A stretch of 64,000 nucleotides of DNA from the NCBI GenBank assembly GCA_015680685.1, contig MNCI01000161.1:74744-138743 (forward strand), written 5' to 3'. Below, piece by piece: positions 42,101 through 53,382 of the stretch. The stretch is from Gnetum montanum (taxonomy: Eukaryota; Plantae; Gnetophyta). Each line of letters begins with the position of its first letter. Position 1 is the first letter of the stretch. Below the pieces are notes generated by a model. That model made no database searches and was not told the origin of the DNA. It saw nothing but the letters and a program-made list of their open reading frames with translations. The position numbers and the translations under genes are program-made.

Positions 42101-42508
42101 AGCTCTTCTATGAAAACACATGTGTTGGTTTACTTTCCTTTAGTATGAGCATGCTTGATTTCCATAGCAACATATCTTTTTATCTACTCCCTTGTAGGTT
42201 CATAGGGTCTAGTCATGTGTTGAGTCACATCATACCCTTCTTGAATCTGGTCCAAGTGCATTACTCTTAGAGCATCTTGTAGCATGGTTAGTGCTGCATG
42301 TTCAAGAGGTGGAACTATGTTACCTTGCATATCTCTCCACCTCATTTGTCTATCCTAATGGAATATGAAGGTGAAGTCTAGATGATATGAATCAATGTAA
42401 GCATAAGTTATTTGTATCTACACTGGCATTCCCTAGTCTTCTTCATTAGCAATTTTGTCACTAGTCCTTGTGTCCTTGGCAAGTGATGATTGATCATTAT
42501 GTGAAGCC
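39134..42508 (-). pseudogene. Athila-like gag-PR
   Basis: ORFs 41260-41520 (gag core) and 39134-39766 (GWSYLVDFLEI..PIIMGREWL), with knuckle remnants at 40650-40740. Confidence 0.85.
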
Positions 42509-43230
42509 TGAAACACCGTAAAAAATTGCGAATCAGCCTAGGGTGAAGATTCACGATTCAGGCAAAAGTTTGTAGCAAAAATCTAGAAGACAGAACAAGG
42601 CAAAGAGGCACGCAGCATCAAGTCTCCAAAGTTTCTTAAAAATTCTAACTTTGCTTTGTTTTCTCTCTTTATGACACATTATGCAACATACCGTGATGTT
42701 GGTTGGCGTAATTCTATCTAATGTAGCACGATATTGTAAGGTAGCTTACTTCAACGAATACGACAAAGTTTAAGGCCTAAGCAGTAGACTACGACTTGTC
42801 GCATATTCCCCCAAGTCTTTTGTTCAGGACTGAATTTACACTCCATTACGCAGAGCAGCGTAATGAGCTTTGAGGAAGTCAAAGTCAGAGTCCAAAGGAG
42901 CATGGCAGATTGACTTCTTTTTTGCAGATTGGTCGCTTTACGCTTATTATGCTACGAAGTGTAAACAAGCGTAACTTGTTGTGAGGTTGACTATTTTTAC
43001 GCTCCATTATGCTTTGCGGCATAAATAAATGCAAAGAAGCTTGAGTTAACTACTTTTATGCTCTATTATGCTTTGCCACGCTATGCAGTGTAAACAAGTG
43101 TAATACAGTGTAAAGTCAGCTAAGGTAGTACCAGACACGCACCTGCTATCCATACGCAGCAATATGCTTATCAGCGTATCGCAGCATAATCATGAGGCGG
43201 CTTCAGCAGGAGTGGTTTACAACATACTTC

Positions 43231-43264
<34 letters not shown>

Positions 43265-44085
43265 NTTGTCAAGTCAACGGTGTTTTGAAAGTTTGAGACA
43301 CGTGTCATCAAGACCGTGCCTTCCCATATGATGCTGAACTTATAAATACCCCAGTTGACAAAAAGAGAAGGGGGGATTTTTTCTTCTTCTGAAAGACATA
43401 AGGCATTGTTTGGGCATTGGCAACAGGAGCGATCAGTCGTCTTGGCGAAAACATTATCCTCTTCATTGGCAATCATTAACAGCTTTAAGCAAAGATTACT
43501 GAGGGCAAAAAGGAGCAAATCAGAGATCAAGAGATCATCTGGTACAATTGGCAAGGTTTATTGATCAGAAACAGTTGATCGATAGACATCCAGGCTTGAC
43601 CTTCCTTACATTCCACTTTTGGCTTACGAGGTAGATCAACCTTCATTCTGTTCTCCCTTTGAAATAGTTTTCTTGTTGTTTTGTGTATGCTTCGCACAAA
43701 GATAAGCAAAGTCTACTGTTGGAACGTTGTATGCAATATATTCAGCCTTCGAGTCAAATCATAGATCTTGGAATTACACATCTTTGCTAAATTTGATCTT
43801 CCTTGTCGCATTGACGTTATCATTATTTCAAGTTCTTTACATTGTTTTCTACTCCTTCTACGATTCATTGAATTAATTTGTTTCGTTGAATATATATATA
43901 ATACATATACTATCGCAATATTCGATAATTTACTAATTAAGTAAGTCCCTATTTGATCGACAAGACCGTTCAGGGCACCTTGGATCCGTTTTCTCCAGCA
44001 CGGCCCTCGCATGGATCCGTGGTTAAGACTGTGTACACGAATCTTTGCTCGGTATTCCCAGCGATCGACGTTTTCCATCGTTACA
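42509..44085 (+). repeat. LTR 1 (1577 bp)
   Basis: TGAAAC...GTTACA ends, collinear with 58608-60189. Confidence 0.95.
43297..43348 (+). promoter_or_regulatory. LTR core promoter: G-box GACACGTGTC and TATA box
   Basis: Palindromic GACACGTGTC at 43297-43306 and TATAAATA at 43341, both conserved in LTR 2 (59404, 59448). Confidence 0.65.
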
Positions 44086-44091
44086 GTTTTC

Positions 44092-44109
44092 TGGTGCTAG
44101 AAGGAGGGC
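44092..44109 (+). promoter_or_regulatory. Primer binding site (Tat-type TGG.GCTAGAAGGAGGG)
   Basis: TGGTGCTAGAAGGAGGGC, 6 nt after the LTR end. The cognate tRNA is not assigned. Confidence 0.75.
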
Positions 44110-44333
44110 TGAAACTCTGATCTGTATTTTATGGGTAACCCTGTAACCAATCTGTACCCACGTTCACATAATGTAAACGTAATACCTCTATGGAAGTTTA
44201 CGAAATCGTGTGGTGTAGATTGGTCACAGTAATGATTCCTTTGGAATCCTATAGGGTAGAAAGCCCAATCGTAATTCTGTTTTTCCGTTGCCTTTTAAAT
44301 ATTTTCGTTTGTTGTTATCGATCTATCTGAGAC

Positions 44334-47300
44334 ATGGATTCTGCACATACAACCACTGCCGCTATGATCGCCACTGACTTGGGTGCCATAACTATAAATC
44401 CCATTATCATTCCTGAATTAGCTTTCAACTCGACAGGACCTCAGGGACCATCACGTTGTGATTACAAGGCAAGGATCCTTCACTTACCATCTTGACTCCT
44501 AAAGAGTATAATTTCATTTGCATCAAGATCTAGGCAAAGCTTGCCCTTAGCCAAGTCGAGATGGAAGCAAAACGACATTACGAGCTAATCCATAGAGGGG
44601 GTCAAGACTTCACCCCTACTGCATATGACATCATCCCCCTTACCGATCATTATCATGAACTCCTGTCCCAACTGGTTATGGCCAAGAATTAGACTACACA
44701 GTATATTCTAGAGCCTCAAAACGAGGAGGAGGAAGATGAATTCGTAGCTTAGTCTGAACACGCGAATTCATACCATACCCTCAGCCTCCATATGTATGTG
44801 AACCCCCTATTTAATCCTCTCACCAGAGAAGCTACCCATCTCAACCAAATCATGACCATCCAAACGCATATTCCCATCGTCCCACAGGCCACCATGCAAT
44901 CCTCGGTCTTGCAGGTACAAATGCCATCTCAAAATAATGTGGGAGTAATCCCCTCACCACATGTAATCAGTATTCCATCGGTCATACCTACGTCTACCGC
45001 CCCCCATTTCATTCCCCAAGTGTAGGTCCATACCACGCCTATAACCAACCTGGTGCAAACCTTATTGTCACAGCCCATTGCAAGGCAACAGATCGCAACC
45101 ACCATTCAATCATAGCGATTTGTTCAATAACCTACGGCTGGTAAGTGGATCATGCCTATTTCACAACACAATCAATCTATGTTCTACGATGTGCAACCCT
45201 TAGCTACATCTACCACACATGTCCCGCAGGTAACTGCACAACATCCTTATACCTTCCATCCTACACATCCGGTGACAATCAATTTTTCCGCACAGCCTGT
45301 CGGGTGGTGGGTTTCACAGGCAGCTTCATCTATGGGGACAGTCCCCGTTGAGCTGTTTGTCAGCCAAGCTATCGCTCCCTTCCCATTGCATGGTACTACT
45401 CTTCCAATCCAACCCCTTGCTCCTCCAGCGCCAACTTTGTCATCAACAAGTTTGGATCAAGCTTTTTTGCTTATTTAGACCCTCACCAAAGAAGTTAAGC
45501 GCCTTAAAGCTGCTAGCTCTGATACAATATAGGTCATGGATTTCTACCATGATGATCCCATCAGCCTAGTAGTCCCCATGCTGTTGTTGCCTCCAGGGAT
45601 GTCTTTGCCCCATTTTACTAAATACAATAGGGAAGGTGGTCCTAATGCTCATCTCATTACCTTTAGGTCTGAATCCATGCTACTACAACAACGGCCCCAT
45701 ATGATTATCCGTGTCTTTGCAATGTCTCTGGCAAGTAAGGCCTTGGATTGGTATCAAGCACTCCCTCACTCTTCCATCTCAACCTTGGAAGAGCTCCTAA
45801 TACAATTTGTGACTTGCTTTAAATACAATTTAAAGCTAGAATTCATGTTAGATCAACTTATGGGAGTGAAACAAGACCCACTCGAGCCAGTCCAGAAGTT
45901 TATACAGCGATGGAGCACTACTCTGAATGAAATCCGTGAGCCTATCGCGGAAGCCCATCTGTTGGCTATTTTCAAAGGAGTAGTTAATGACTTCATCAAG
46001 TCTAAACTATACTACCTTGCCCCTCGCTCCCTGAGTCAAGCCTTTGCGTAAACTAAGAGCATCCAAGATGCTACGAAGGCTAGTAAAGACCCAGCATATT
46101 TGGCCTATAAGAACGCCAACAATAAGGGTAAAGACAAAGGTAAAATAGCAACAAAGACAGTAGCTGTGCTGGCCGAGGGTGCCAAAAACAAGAATAACAA
46201 GAAGGCACCCACAATGCCTGCCGAGACCACAACTAGTGCAAGCAACACCGGCCAAGAAGCACTTGCCCCTAAACAACCCTCATAGTCAAAACCAAACTTC
46301 GAGCATAAAGATCGTTTGAAATATACAGCCCTACCTATAAAGCATTTGGAACTGTTGAAACAATTATTAGGAGCAGGATATATTCAAAACAAAAAAATAT
46401 CCAAAGAAGCTCTACAACGTCACAGGCGTCATTGTGAATTGCTAAAGAACCCTTCTTTAGCTCTACCCAACGAACCGCTAGTACCTAAGTCTTTCAGGTT
46501 GGACCATATTTGTGACTACCACCAGTTGTGTGGTCACGACACTGATTACTGCTGGGCGTTGAAGCATGATATTCAACATATGATTGATGATGGTTCTTTG
46601 ACATTAGACAGTAGTAGTCCAACACGTCCCGAAAACTAGGTGATGCATATGTACAAAGACCCGTTAAATGCAAATAACGTAATGTACACCATCAACATGG
46701 TAAGTATGGACAGTGAGGGGAAGGTACCGCCTAAGCAACCTTTTGTGTTACGTGTACCTATCAATTCACCCCAGGGGACGAGTTCTTCACCGATAGTTAG
46801 CAATGCCTCGAGGCCACCCTTTGTTATTCGGACATCCTCTCAAACTATAACTTAGTCTCACATTAACAATAAATCCATGGCCATGCCCACGCCTACTCCT
46901 AAGGCACCTTTTATCCTTAGGGTACAAAAACCACCAGCTGCCCCTTTTACACAAGGGTGAGCCTCTAACCAAAATCATCAACCGCCATCCAATTAAAAAA
47001 GGGAAGGAGATGCACCAATTAATGCAACCAAAGACTGCTCTATGCTAGGGTTTGCTAAGCCGAGACCCCTAGCTTTTGTACCTTCGCCTACACCTCCTGG
47101 GCAAGAAAAATGTACAGAAACACAGACACCTCCTCTCAGCAAAAAGAAATACAATCCTCTGATAGATGCTATTCCGCCTCAGGAAATTCATCTCTTAGGG
47201 AAAATGGGTGAAGAAAGAGCAGACAAGCCACCCAGCCAAGAGCGGGACCTCTTCGATGCATTTACACAAGTCAAGCAAGCTCTAAAAAAGAAGAACACAA

Positions 47301-47772
47301 CATTGAGTCTCTATGACTTGCTTATGACGTCTCAAAAGCACCGTGAGGCTATGGTCCGTATGCCGACATCCATACCTGTGGATGAAAGCTTACCAGCGGA
47401 AGAGGAAGCAATACATGCTGTCATGTTTCCCCCCACCGCTGAGTAACCTAAACCTACCCCATTGACCTTTCATGATAAATCCATCAAAGATGATCCTGAG
47501 AAAGGCCGAGTGACAACAGAACCCATGTTCATCACCATCCGGGTTGGTCAACATCGGATCCGGAGGGTGCACGTTGACGATGGTGCAACTACGAATGTCA
47601 TCCCTTATCCTATAGTGGATAAGTTGGGCCTGGTCAACTAAATCAGTCCTACGATGACATCATGCCTAAAGTCGTTCAACGGAGCACAAGTTCAAGTCAA
47701 AGGGATGGTACATATCGATTTATCGTCGTCGAGGAGATTCCCGGCTTCAACCTGATTCTAGGGAGGTCCTAG
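44334..47772 (+). pseudogene. Tat gag-protease polyprotein, 3'-truncated
   Basis: One frame from ~44470 on, with many C-to-T stops. gag core (KALDWYQALP..SI.TLEEL..QF), CDYHQLCGHDTDYC knuckle and PR RVHVDDGA.TNV. Confidence 0.9.
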
Positions 47773-47870
47773 TTTACACCATTTATGCTTTTTAACTCAT
47801 ATTAGTTACATTAGTACAATTACGCAAAGATTTACACTTTTATCAATTGCATTCTCCGACATACGCAGAT

Positions 47871-47978
47871 GGCCCGCAATGGCCTAAAACTAGTAAAGGC
47901 CCGCAACGGCCCAAAACTAGTAAAGGCCCGCAATGGCCTAAAACTAGCAAAGGCCCAATATGGCCCTAAACTAGAATA
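47871..47978 (+). repeat. 27-bp tandem repeat x4 (GGCCCGCAATGGCCTAAAACTAGTAAA)
   Basis: Directly visible. Confidence 0.95.
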
Positions 47979-48213
47979 TCTGATTTCTATCTTTACGTAA
48001 ACACTATGTAACAGCTTGTAATGGCCTTAAACTACCAACTCCATCCAACGATCGCAATAATGCCACCTACCCAAAACCCTCAATAATTCTATTTACACTT
48101 TGTATAAATAAAGACATAAAATTAAAAACCATAAAGAAAATTTCATGATTAATCATGCCAAAATTCATATTGTCTTTGTTCAATCTCATAAATAAAATCG
48201 TGCGTAATCATAA

Positions 48214-51200
48214 TTACGCATCCCCTTTAGCACCACTGTCTCCCGTATCCCTTAACTCTGCCTCTAAGCCTAGAAAATCATCTTCATATGGGTCGTCCCT
48301 TTTAGGAAGTATTCCCTCATGAGGAACGTCATCTTCACAAGGTTCTTCCACTAACACTTGCTCCCCAAGGTGACAATATGCATCATTATGCTCTCCTTCC
48401 TGGACGTACGCCTCATCCTGTCCACCTTCTTCATTCTTTTCTTGTAACTACATACAACAAGTATATCAACAAAAGCTATGATAGGACAATTCAAAAAATT
48501 CAAATTCAACAACACTAAAACTTAATCGCGATGGTCCTGCATCAGTAGCAAAGGGGAGTTGATCTAAGCTGACCCACAGACGTTGCATAATCTCATCTTC
48601 AGTCAACTCAGACCAAACCTTGTTCCCCAAATTAGTTCCAGCCTTAACCTTCCCCTTCTCCACACTAGTCCACCGGGGTGGTTCGGGGAAGAAGGTAGGG
48701 ACTATGGTCTCTCCCCCGAGAAGAGTAATTTCTCCTTTCGGGGACGCACTCACTTTCACCTGCTCTTGGAACTTCTCAAAGGCCTCAGATGCACCAATGA
48801 CATCGAGGAATAATCACAAGGATTGAGCTTCAACGGCAGAATCTCGATAATGCTGACAATAAGCGATACTTTCTCACTTGTACAGATGCTTATGATCTTT
48901 CTACTTCTACCCCCACTCTTGAACACTTGCACAAAAGTCCTTCCGGTCCTGATTCTTCTGGGCCAGGAGCTCCATCTGCATCCTTTGCTGGACCAATTCA
49001 TGACTAGTTTGCACGTTGTTTCTGACTATGGTCCAGTAGCGAGCATAGTCAATGACAGCTGTCCACCAGTCTTCTTCACACGTTCCTCGAGCTTGCAAGA
49101 ATTCACATCGTGACCTTAAATCTCTAACCTCTCTGGTCAGAGACATCCTTTCCTTCTCTGATCTCTGCAGCTTCTTCTAGAGGTCTTCATTGACATTCTG
49201 ACTTTCCCACAAGGAGCGGGTCGAACATAATGCACATTTACGCATTTCTTCGTAAATGTTGCGTGGCACGACCATTCCTTCCGATGAGGGTTCGATGGTA
49301 TCCAGGTCCACGGGCTCCATAGAGTCCCATCAAAGGCGAGCTCCTGATGAAAAATATTAGATCAAACGTAATTAAGTACCGTAACCTTAACTTGGCGGAT
49401 GGTTTGCCAATGCGGATGGGACGCTCTGCTGCCGCAGTTGGTCGGGGACCCTGACTTGTCTGACAATTCCTTCTTTACCAACTGGCGCGACGATCAAACC
49501 TTCTTCCGTGGCCGAGTTGTTCGCCTGACAGAGGCTGCTTTGGCCAACTACCTGGGGATCCCGGCCACTGGGGAGATCATCTTGCCAACCTCCCATGGCC
49601 TCCATAACTCAGCGGTCTTTTTCAAGGGCCTTTCCCCGAGAACGCAGAGCCGTCAGGTCCCTCGGACTTCCCTCCCGTGTCTTTGGGCTCATGCGGCCGT
49701 CTTAGTTGAGCGCTTCTTTGTGCAGTCGGGAAACGTGTCCAAGCTCCAGGGGCTGCATTTCACCTTCCTGAGGTGCTTGCAGGAGGGCACCCGGGTTAAC
49801 CTGTCGCGCTTCTTCCTCGAGGCCCTCCACCTCCAGCGGTGGGGTCGCCGGTCGGGGCTTATCTTGGCCCTGTGGAGGGGGGCGGGGGAGCAGGTGGCGC
49901 CTGGCCCATCCTCTGCCCCCGCTAGGGGACGTCGCGTTGCCCCTCCCCCTGCTTCCCCCCCTTCCTCTACTCCTCGGCGGCTGGCTGCTCTCCACCTCTC
50001 CTGGGGCCGCCGCTCCCACCGCAACCCTGCCCTCTCGCCCGACCCCCCCAGCGCCCCCCCGCATTGGGAGGCGCAGCTTCAGCGGGCGGTTGCTGCTGCT
50101 AGGGAGGCTGAACAACGGTCGTCAAAGGCTTAGTGGGCTGAGGCCCTGGCCAAGTGGCGGGCAGACCACGAAACTCAGCTCCAGGAGCAGGCACAGCAGC
50201 TGAACAGGCAGCATACGCTTGCGATGGAGACCCTGCGTGCCCAGCTCACGGATGAGCTTCGAGACCGGATCAGGGAGGAGCTGCAGCAGGAGGAGGTGGA
50301 CTGGAAGGCCCGGGAGGCGGCAGCCCGGGAGGAGCAGGAGCCTCTGCAGGAGGAGGAGCTGCAACGGCAGCGGCAGCTCGACCGAGCGCATCAGCACAGC
50401 GCCCGCCAGTGGCTTAGGGGGGGCGCTGCCCGTATACCGTCCTTGGTATTAGCTGTGAGAGCTCCTGGGGGGAGCTCAGAAGGCACATCCGGTGCACGTC
50501 CGCTAGACTCCACCCAGATGCGGGGGATTCGTCGCCGGACCGGCGCAGGTGCGAGGCTCTTCTACAGGGGTTCCAGCAGGCCACGAACTTCGTCGACACG
50601 GAGGATCATCGGGCCACCCTGGACATGCTCCATGAGTTGGAGTTGCCTCGGTGTGCCTGCCACCAGCTGCCGACCCACCCCTAGCCCTTCCCCTCTCTCC
50701 CTTGTTCCCGCCCCTTCCTTGTTGGGTTTGTCGTGGGTGTGGGGTGTGCCCCCCCCCCTACGCTATCAAAGCCTCATGTTTGAGGTGCCACCACATTCCT
50801 AGTCATTATAGAAAGCGACTCCCCAATTCCCTTCAGAGGATCCTATGACCAGGTAGTGCCGAAAAGGTGGGAGATCCAGGGTTTGGATAACTGGTCTCAG
50901 TCCTGTTGCACCCAGACCCCATTCCTCTGGACCATCAAAAATTCGGCAAAATGCTGAAGGTAAGCTATGAAAAAGGCAAAGTGCACACTGAAACGGGACT
51001 TGAGCTTTTGGTGGAGCCTGATCATTTCAGTGCGTAACCCTTCAACGAAACAGCTCACCTAGTCGAATTGGGTCCCTTCCTCTATCACCTCTCACATGAT
51101 ACAAGCCTGTTCTATGGTGAAGAACTTCCCATGTGAGAGTGTTCTGGGGAAGGCCTGGGATCAGAAGAGGGGATAAATGGTCTTGGCAACCTCCAACTTG

Positions 51201-51957
51201 ATCTTTTCACAAGGAATCCCCTTCATGTCCTTCTTAGTCCCCAGCCACTCCTCTAGCTCTTCCTGACATTTGAGGCTTCTCCTCGACTTTTCTTCTATGG
51301 GAAGACCATCGGAGGGGACACCAAAAAGGTCAATAAACAGCTGAGCGTCAATGTCAAAATGTACACGCATGTTACGCACGCGCGTGCAAAAACGTTTAGC
51401 CCCCTTGCTGAAGGAGTTAACCAGGGTTAGCATTTCACTTACAGGGACATTAGCGGTTACAGCCAAGAACAAATGCATTAGCCTCACCTCCCGCAGCTTA
51501 GTAACCAACGTAGTTAGGGCTGTTGCGTGGCCAAGCCAGCGTTGTGCTTCCTTTATGTCGCCATACCGTAAGAGGAGGGTATTCGCCTCACGGCCAGAAA
51601 TCATGATAGTAACTTCCCGAGATTCCCTAACTAATAACACAAAGACAATGTTATACAACATTTCAAACAATAATATCTTGTAACTAATTGTAACGCCGAA
51701 ACCTTACCAGGGCCGAATGGCAAAGGAAATGGAGGAAGCTTCTTTTGCACGTCCGTGAGGGTGAGGGGTGGGTTCAAAGTCCATTCCTCATGCAACCACT
51801 CAAGGCTCTGACAATTCTTGAAAGAATCAGAGTAACGGGTGGGATACTCAGGAATCTCAAAGGTCATTTTCCCCATGACATCGGCGCGTACATTGCTAGT
51901 GGACGTAAACTCATTTATCGCGCTTTCGGTCAGGGACAATGTATCATTATTGCCCAA
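48214..51957 (-). pseudogene. Multi-exon antisense accessory gene (transposon-protein-like domain, coiled coil, acidic tail)
   Basis: A 77-nt intron at 51707-51631 (GTAAGG..TTATTAG) joins ORFs 51957 and 51670 in frame. A 78-nt intron at 48525-48448 leads to an acidic last exon ending in TAA at 48214. A further acceptor lies at 49344. Scattered C-to-T/G-to-A stops. Confidence 0.7.
49399..50802 (+). pseudogene. GC-rich ORF: plant transposon accessory domain (PF20167/Athila-ORF-like), Pro-rich linker, coiled coil
   Basis: ORFs 49399-50133 and 50224-50802 share one frame, broken by a single TAG. Motif GWDALL..FFTNW..FRGRVVRL....LANYLGIP.TG..G.RVNL..F. Confidence 0.65.
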
Positions 51958-52979
51958 TAACCCATTTTTTTTTGATGAAGAACCTGTATCATATAGCGCA
52001 TTACTATCCTACGCTCTACAAGTTTAAACATTAGAAAATATATTAACATCACTGCAAGTAAAACGACTTACCCACCTGAGTAATACACCGTGCCTGGTGG
52101 ATTATGAAAGTAGGTTGAGACATGATGGGCTACGAACAAAGTGTTATAGGCATGATAACAACTAAATCTAGGCATCTTCCAAATCCAACTTAAATACCTC
52201 AATCCTTTGGTGCTAAGTTCACGATCTTGAGGTCAACCAGTGTCAATAGCTCTGTCTATCAGGAAAGCCAAAATGCCCTATGTAGAACCGACTAACAAAT
52301 TTTCCAAAATGGCTGCAGCCACATCGCCCAGCAAATGCGACCAAACGATGATGCTGTAATTATGCAACAAAAGCTACAAGAACTCCATCGCACCCTTCAA
52401 GAACCATATTGCCTTCCCCTGTAGGCAAGTTTGAGGGGGAGGAACATTGGCTACGGGAGGGTTTATAGAACACAAAACCCTGACTATGTCCAAAACAATT
52501 GGGACAGGTTTCACCATTATGCTATACAGAACATAAACACGTTACCATCAGATAAAAGACTAAATCTAGATTTCATTGCATGCTTAGGAAAACTACAAAT
52601 TATGCTTTAGCCATGCAGCCAAAATTGCTTAAACCCTTGCAATAGTACAAGGTTTATCTCAGACAATGGCGATAGATGCAATATCGCTATCTAAACCCTT
52701 GTTTTAATACAAGGTCTATATATCAAAACTCTAATTCATGCAGATAACTCAAAAGAATAAAATATATATATATATCACCGAAAGCAATGCGAATAAGTGA
52801 GAAATGGCGTACCAATTCAGGGGAGTAACATCTCGTACTTCGACCAAGGCCTGCGAAGCGCACTGCAGACTCCCCTGCACTTCATCGATTTTTGCCAATT
52901 TGGCATTCTTTCCTCTCACCTTCGACGCCATAGTTACAATTCTATAAACCTTCACAAATAATACACTGCTATCTTTTGA

Positions 52980-53070
52980 TCTTTCTCTCTCTCTCTCTCT
53001 GCGATAGCTGAATTCGAATTTGTAATAGCCAACAGCCTGTTTTGGATAAGAACCGCCTACTTATAATATG
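52980..53070 (-). promoter_or_regulatory. Putative internal antisense promoter (TATA box and GA repeat)
   Basis: Minus strand ATTATAAGTA near 53065, then a (GA)n tract at 53000-52984 and an ATG in good context at 52931 (MASKVRGK). Confidence 0.45.
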
Positions 53071-53382
53071 CAAGACTAACCAACTTGATGCCCGATTAAA
53101 GTGAGACTTGCCCAAATGCTCGTGTGAGCATGAGCTGGAACTCGAAGATCAAGGCATTAATGCAGCAAATATCGCATGCATTACGGTCTGAAATGACCTT
53201 AAACTACTACACCTTATTACTTCGTAATCGGGTCACATTAATTACAGGCTTTTCACGGTATTCAAAATTTAGTTAGCTCATCACGCTCAGCAATGTCATA
53301 CCATACTTTTTCAAACTACACCAAGCATCATACACTAATACTTGTGGCATTTAACTTAGCATTTTCCTAATCACTTTCATAT

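Larger units (their letters stand above)
33480..42508 (-). mobile_element. Non-autonomous Athila-like element (gag-PR, spacer, env-like ORF, 3' LTR; no RT/RH/INT), interrupted at 42508 by the Tat element
   Basis: gag core at 41260-41520 (IPKFEG..PHNHLQAF..KLKLFPRTL..A.SWY), PR at 39600-39990, extra ORF at 34400-37153, and LTR-like sequence at 33480-34240 similar to 11900-12500. Confidence 0.7.

Noticed and set aside
43171-44078. ORFs conserved in both LTRs
   Set aside because: Conservation follows from LTR identity. They cross the TATA box and poly-C tract and show no domain.
50122-50397. Leu-rich minus-strand ORF as a membrane protein
   Set aside because: It is the in-register antisense of the Glu/Gln coiled coil, so it is no independent evidence of a gene.
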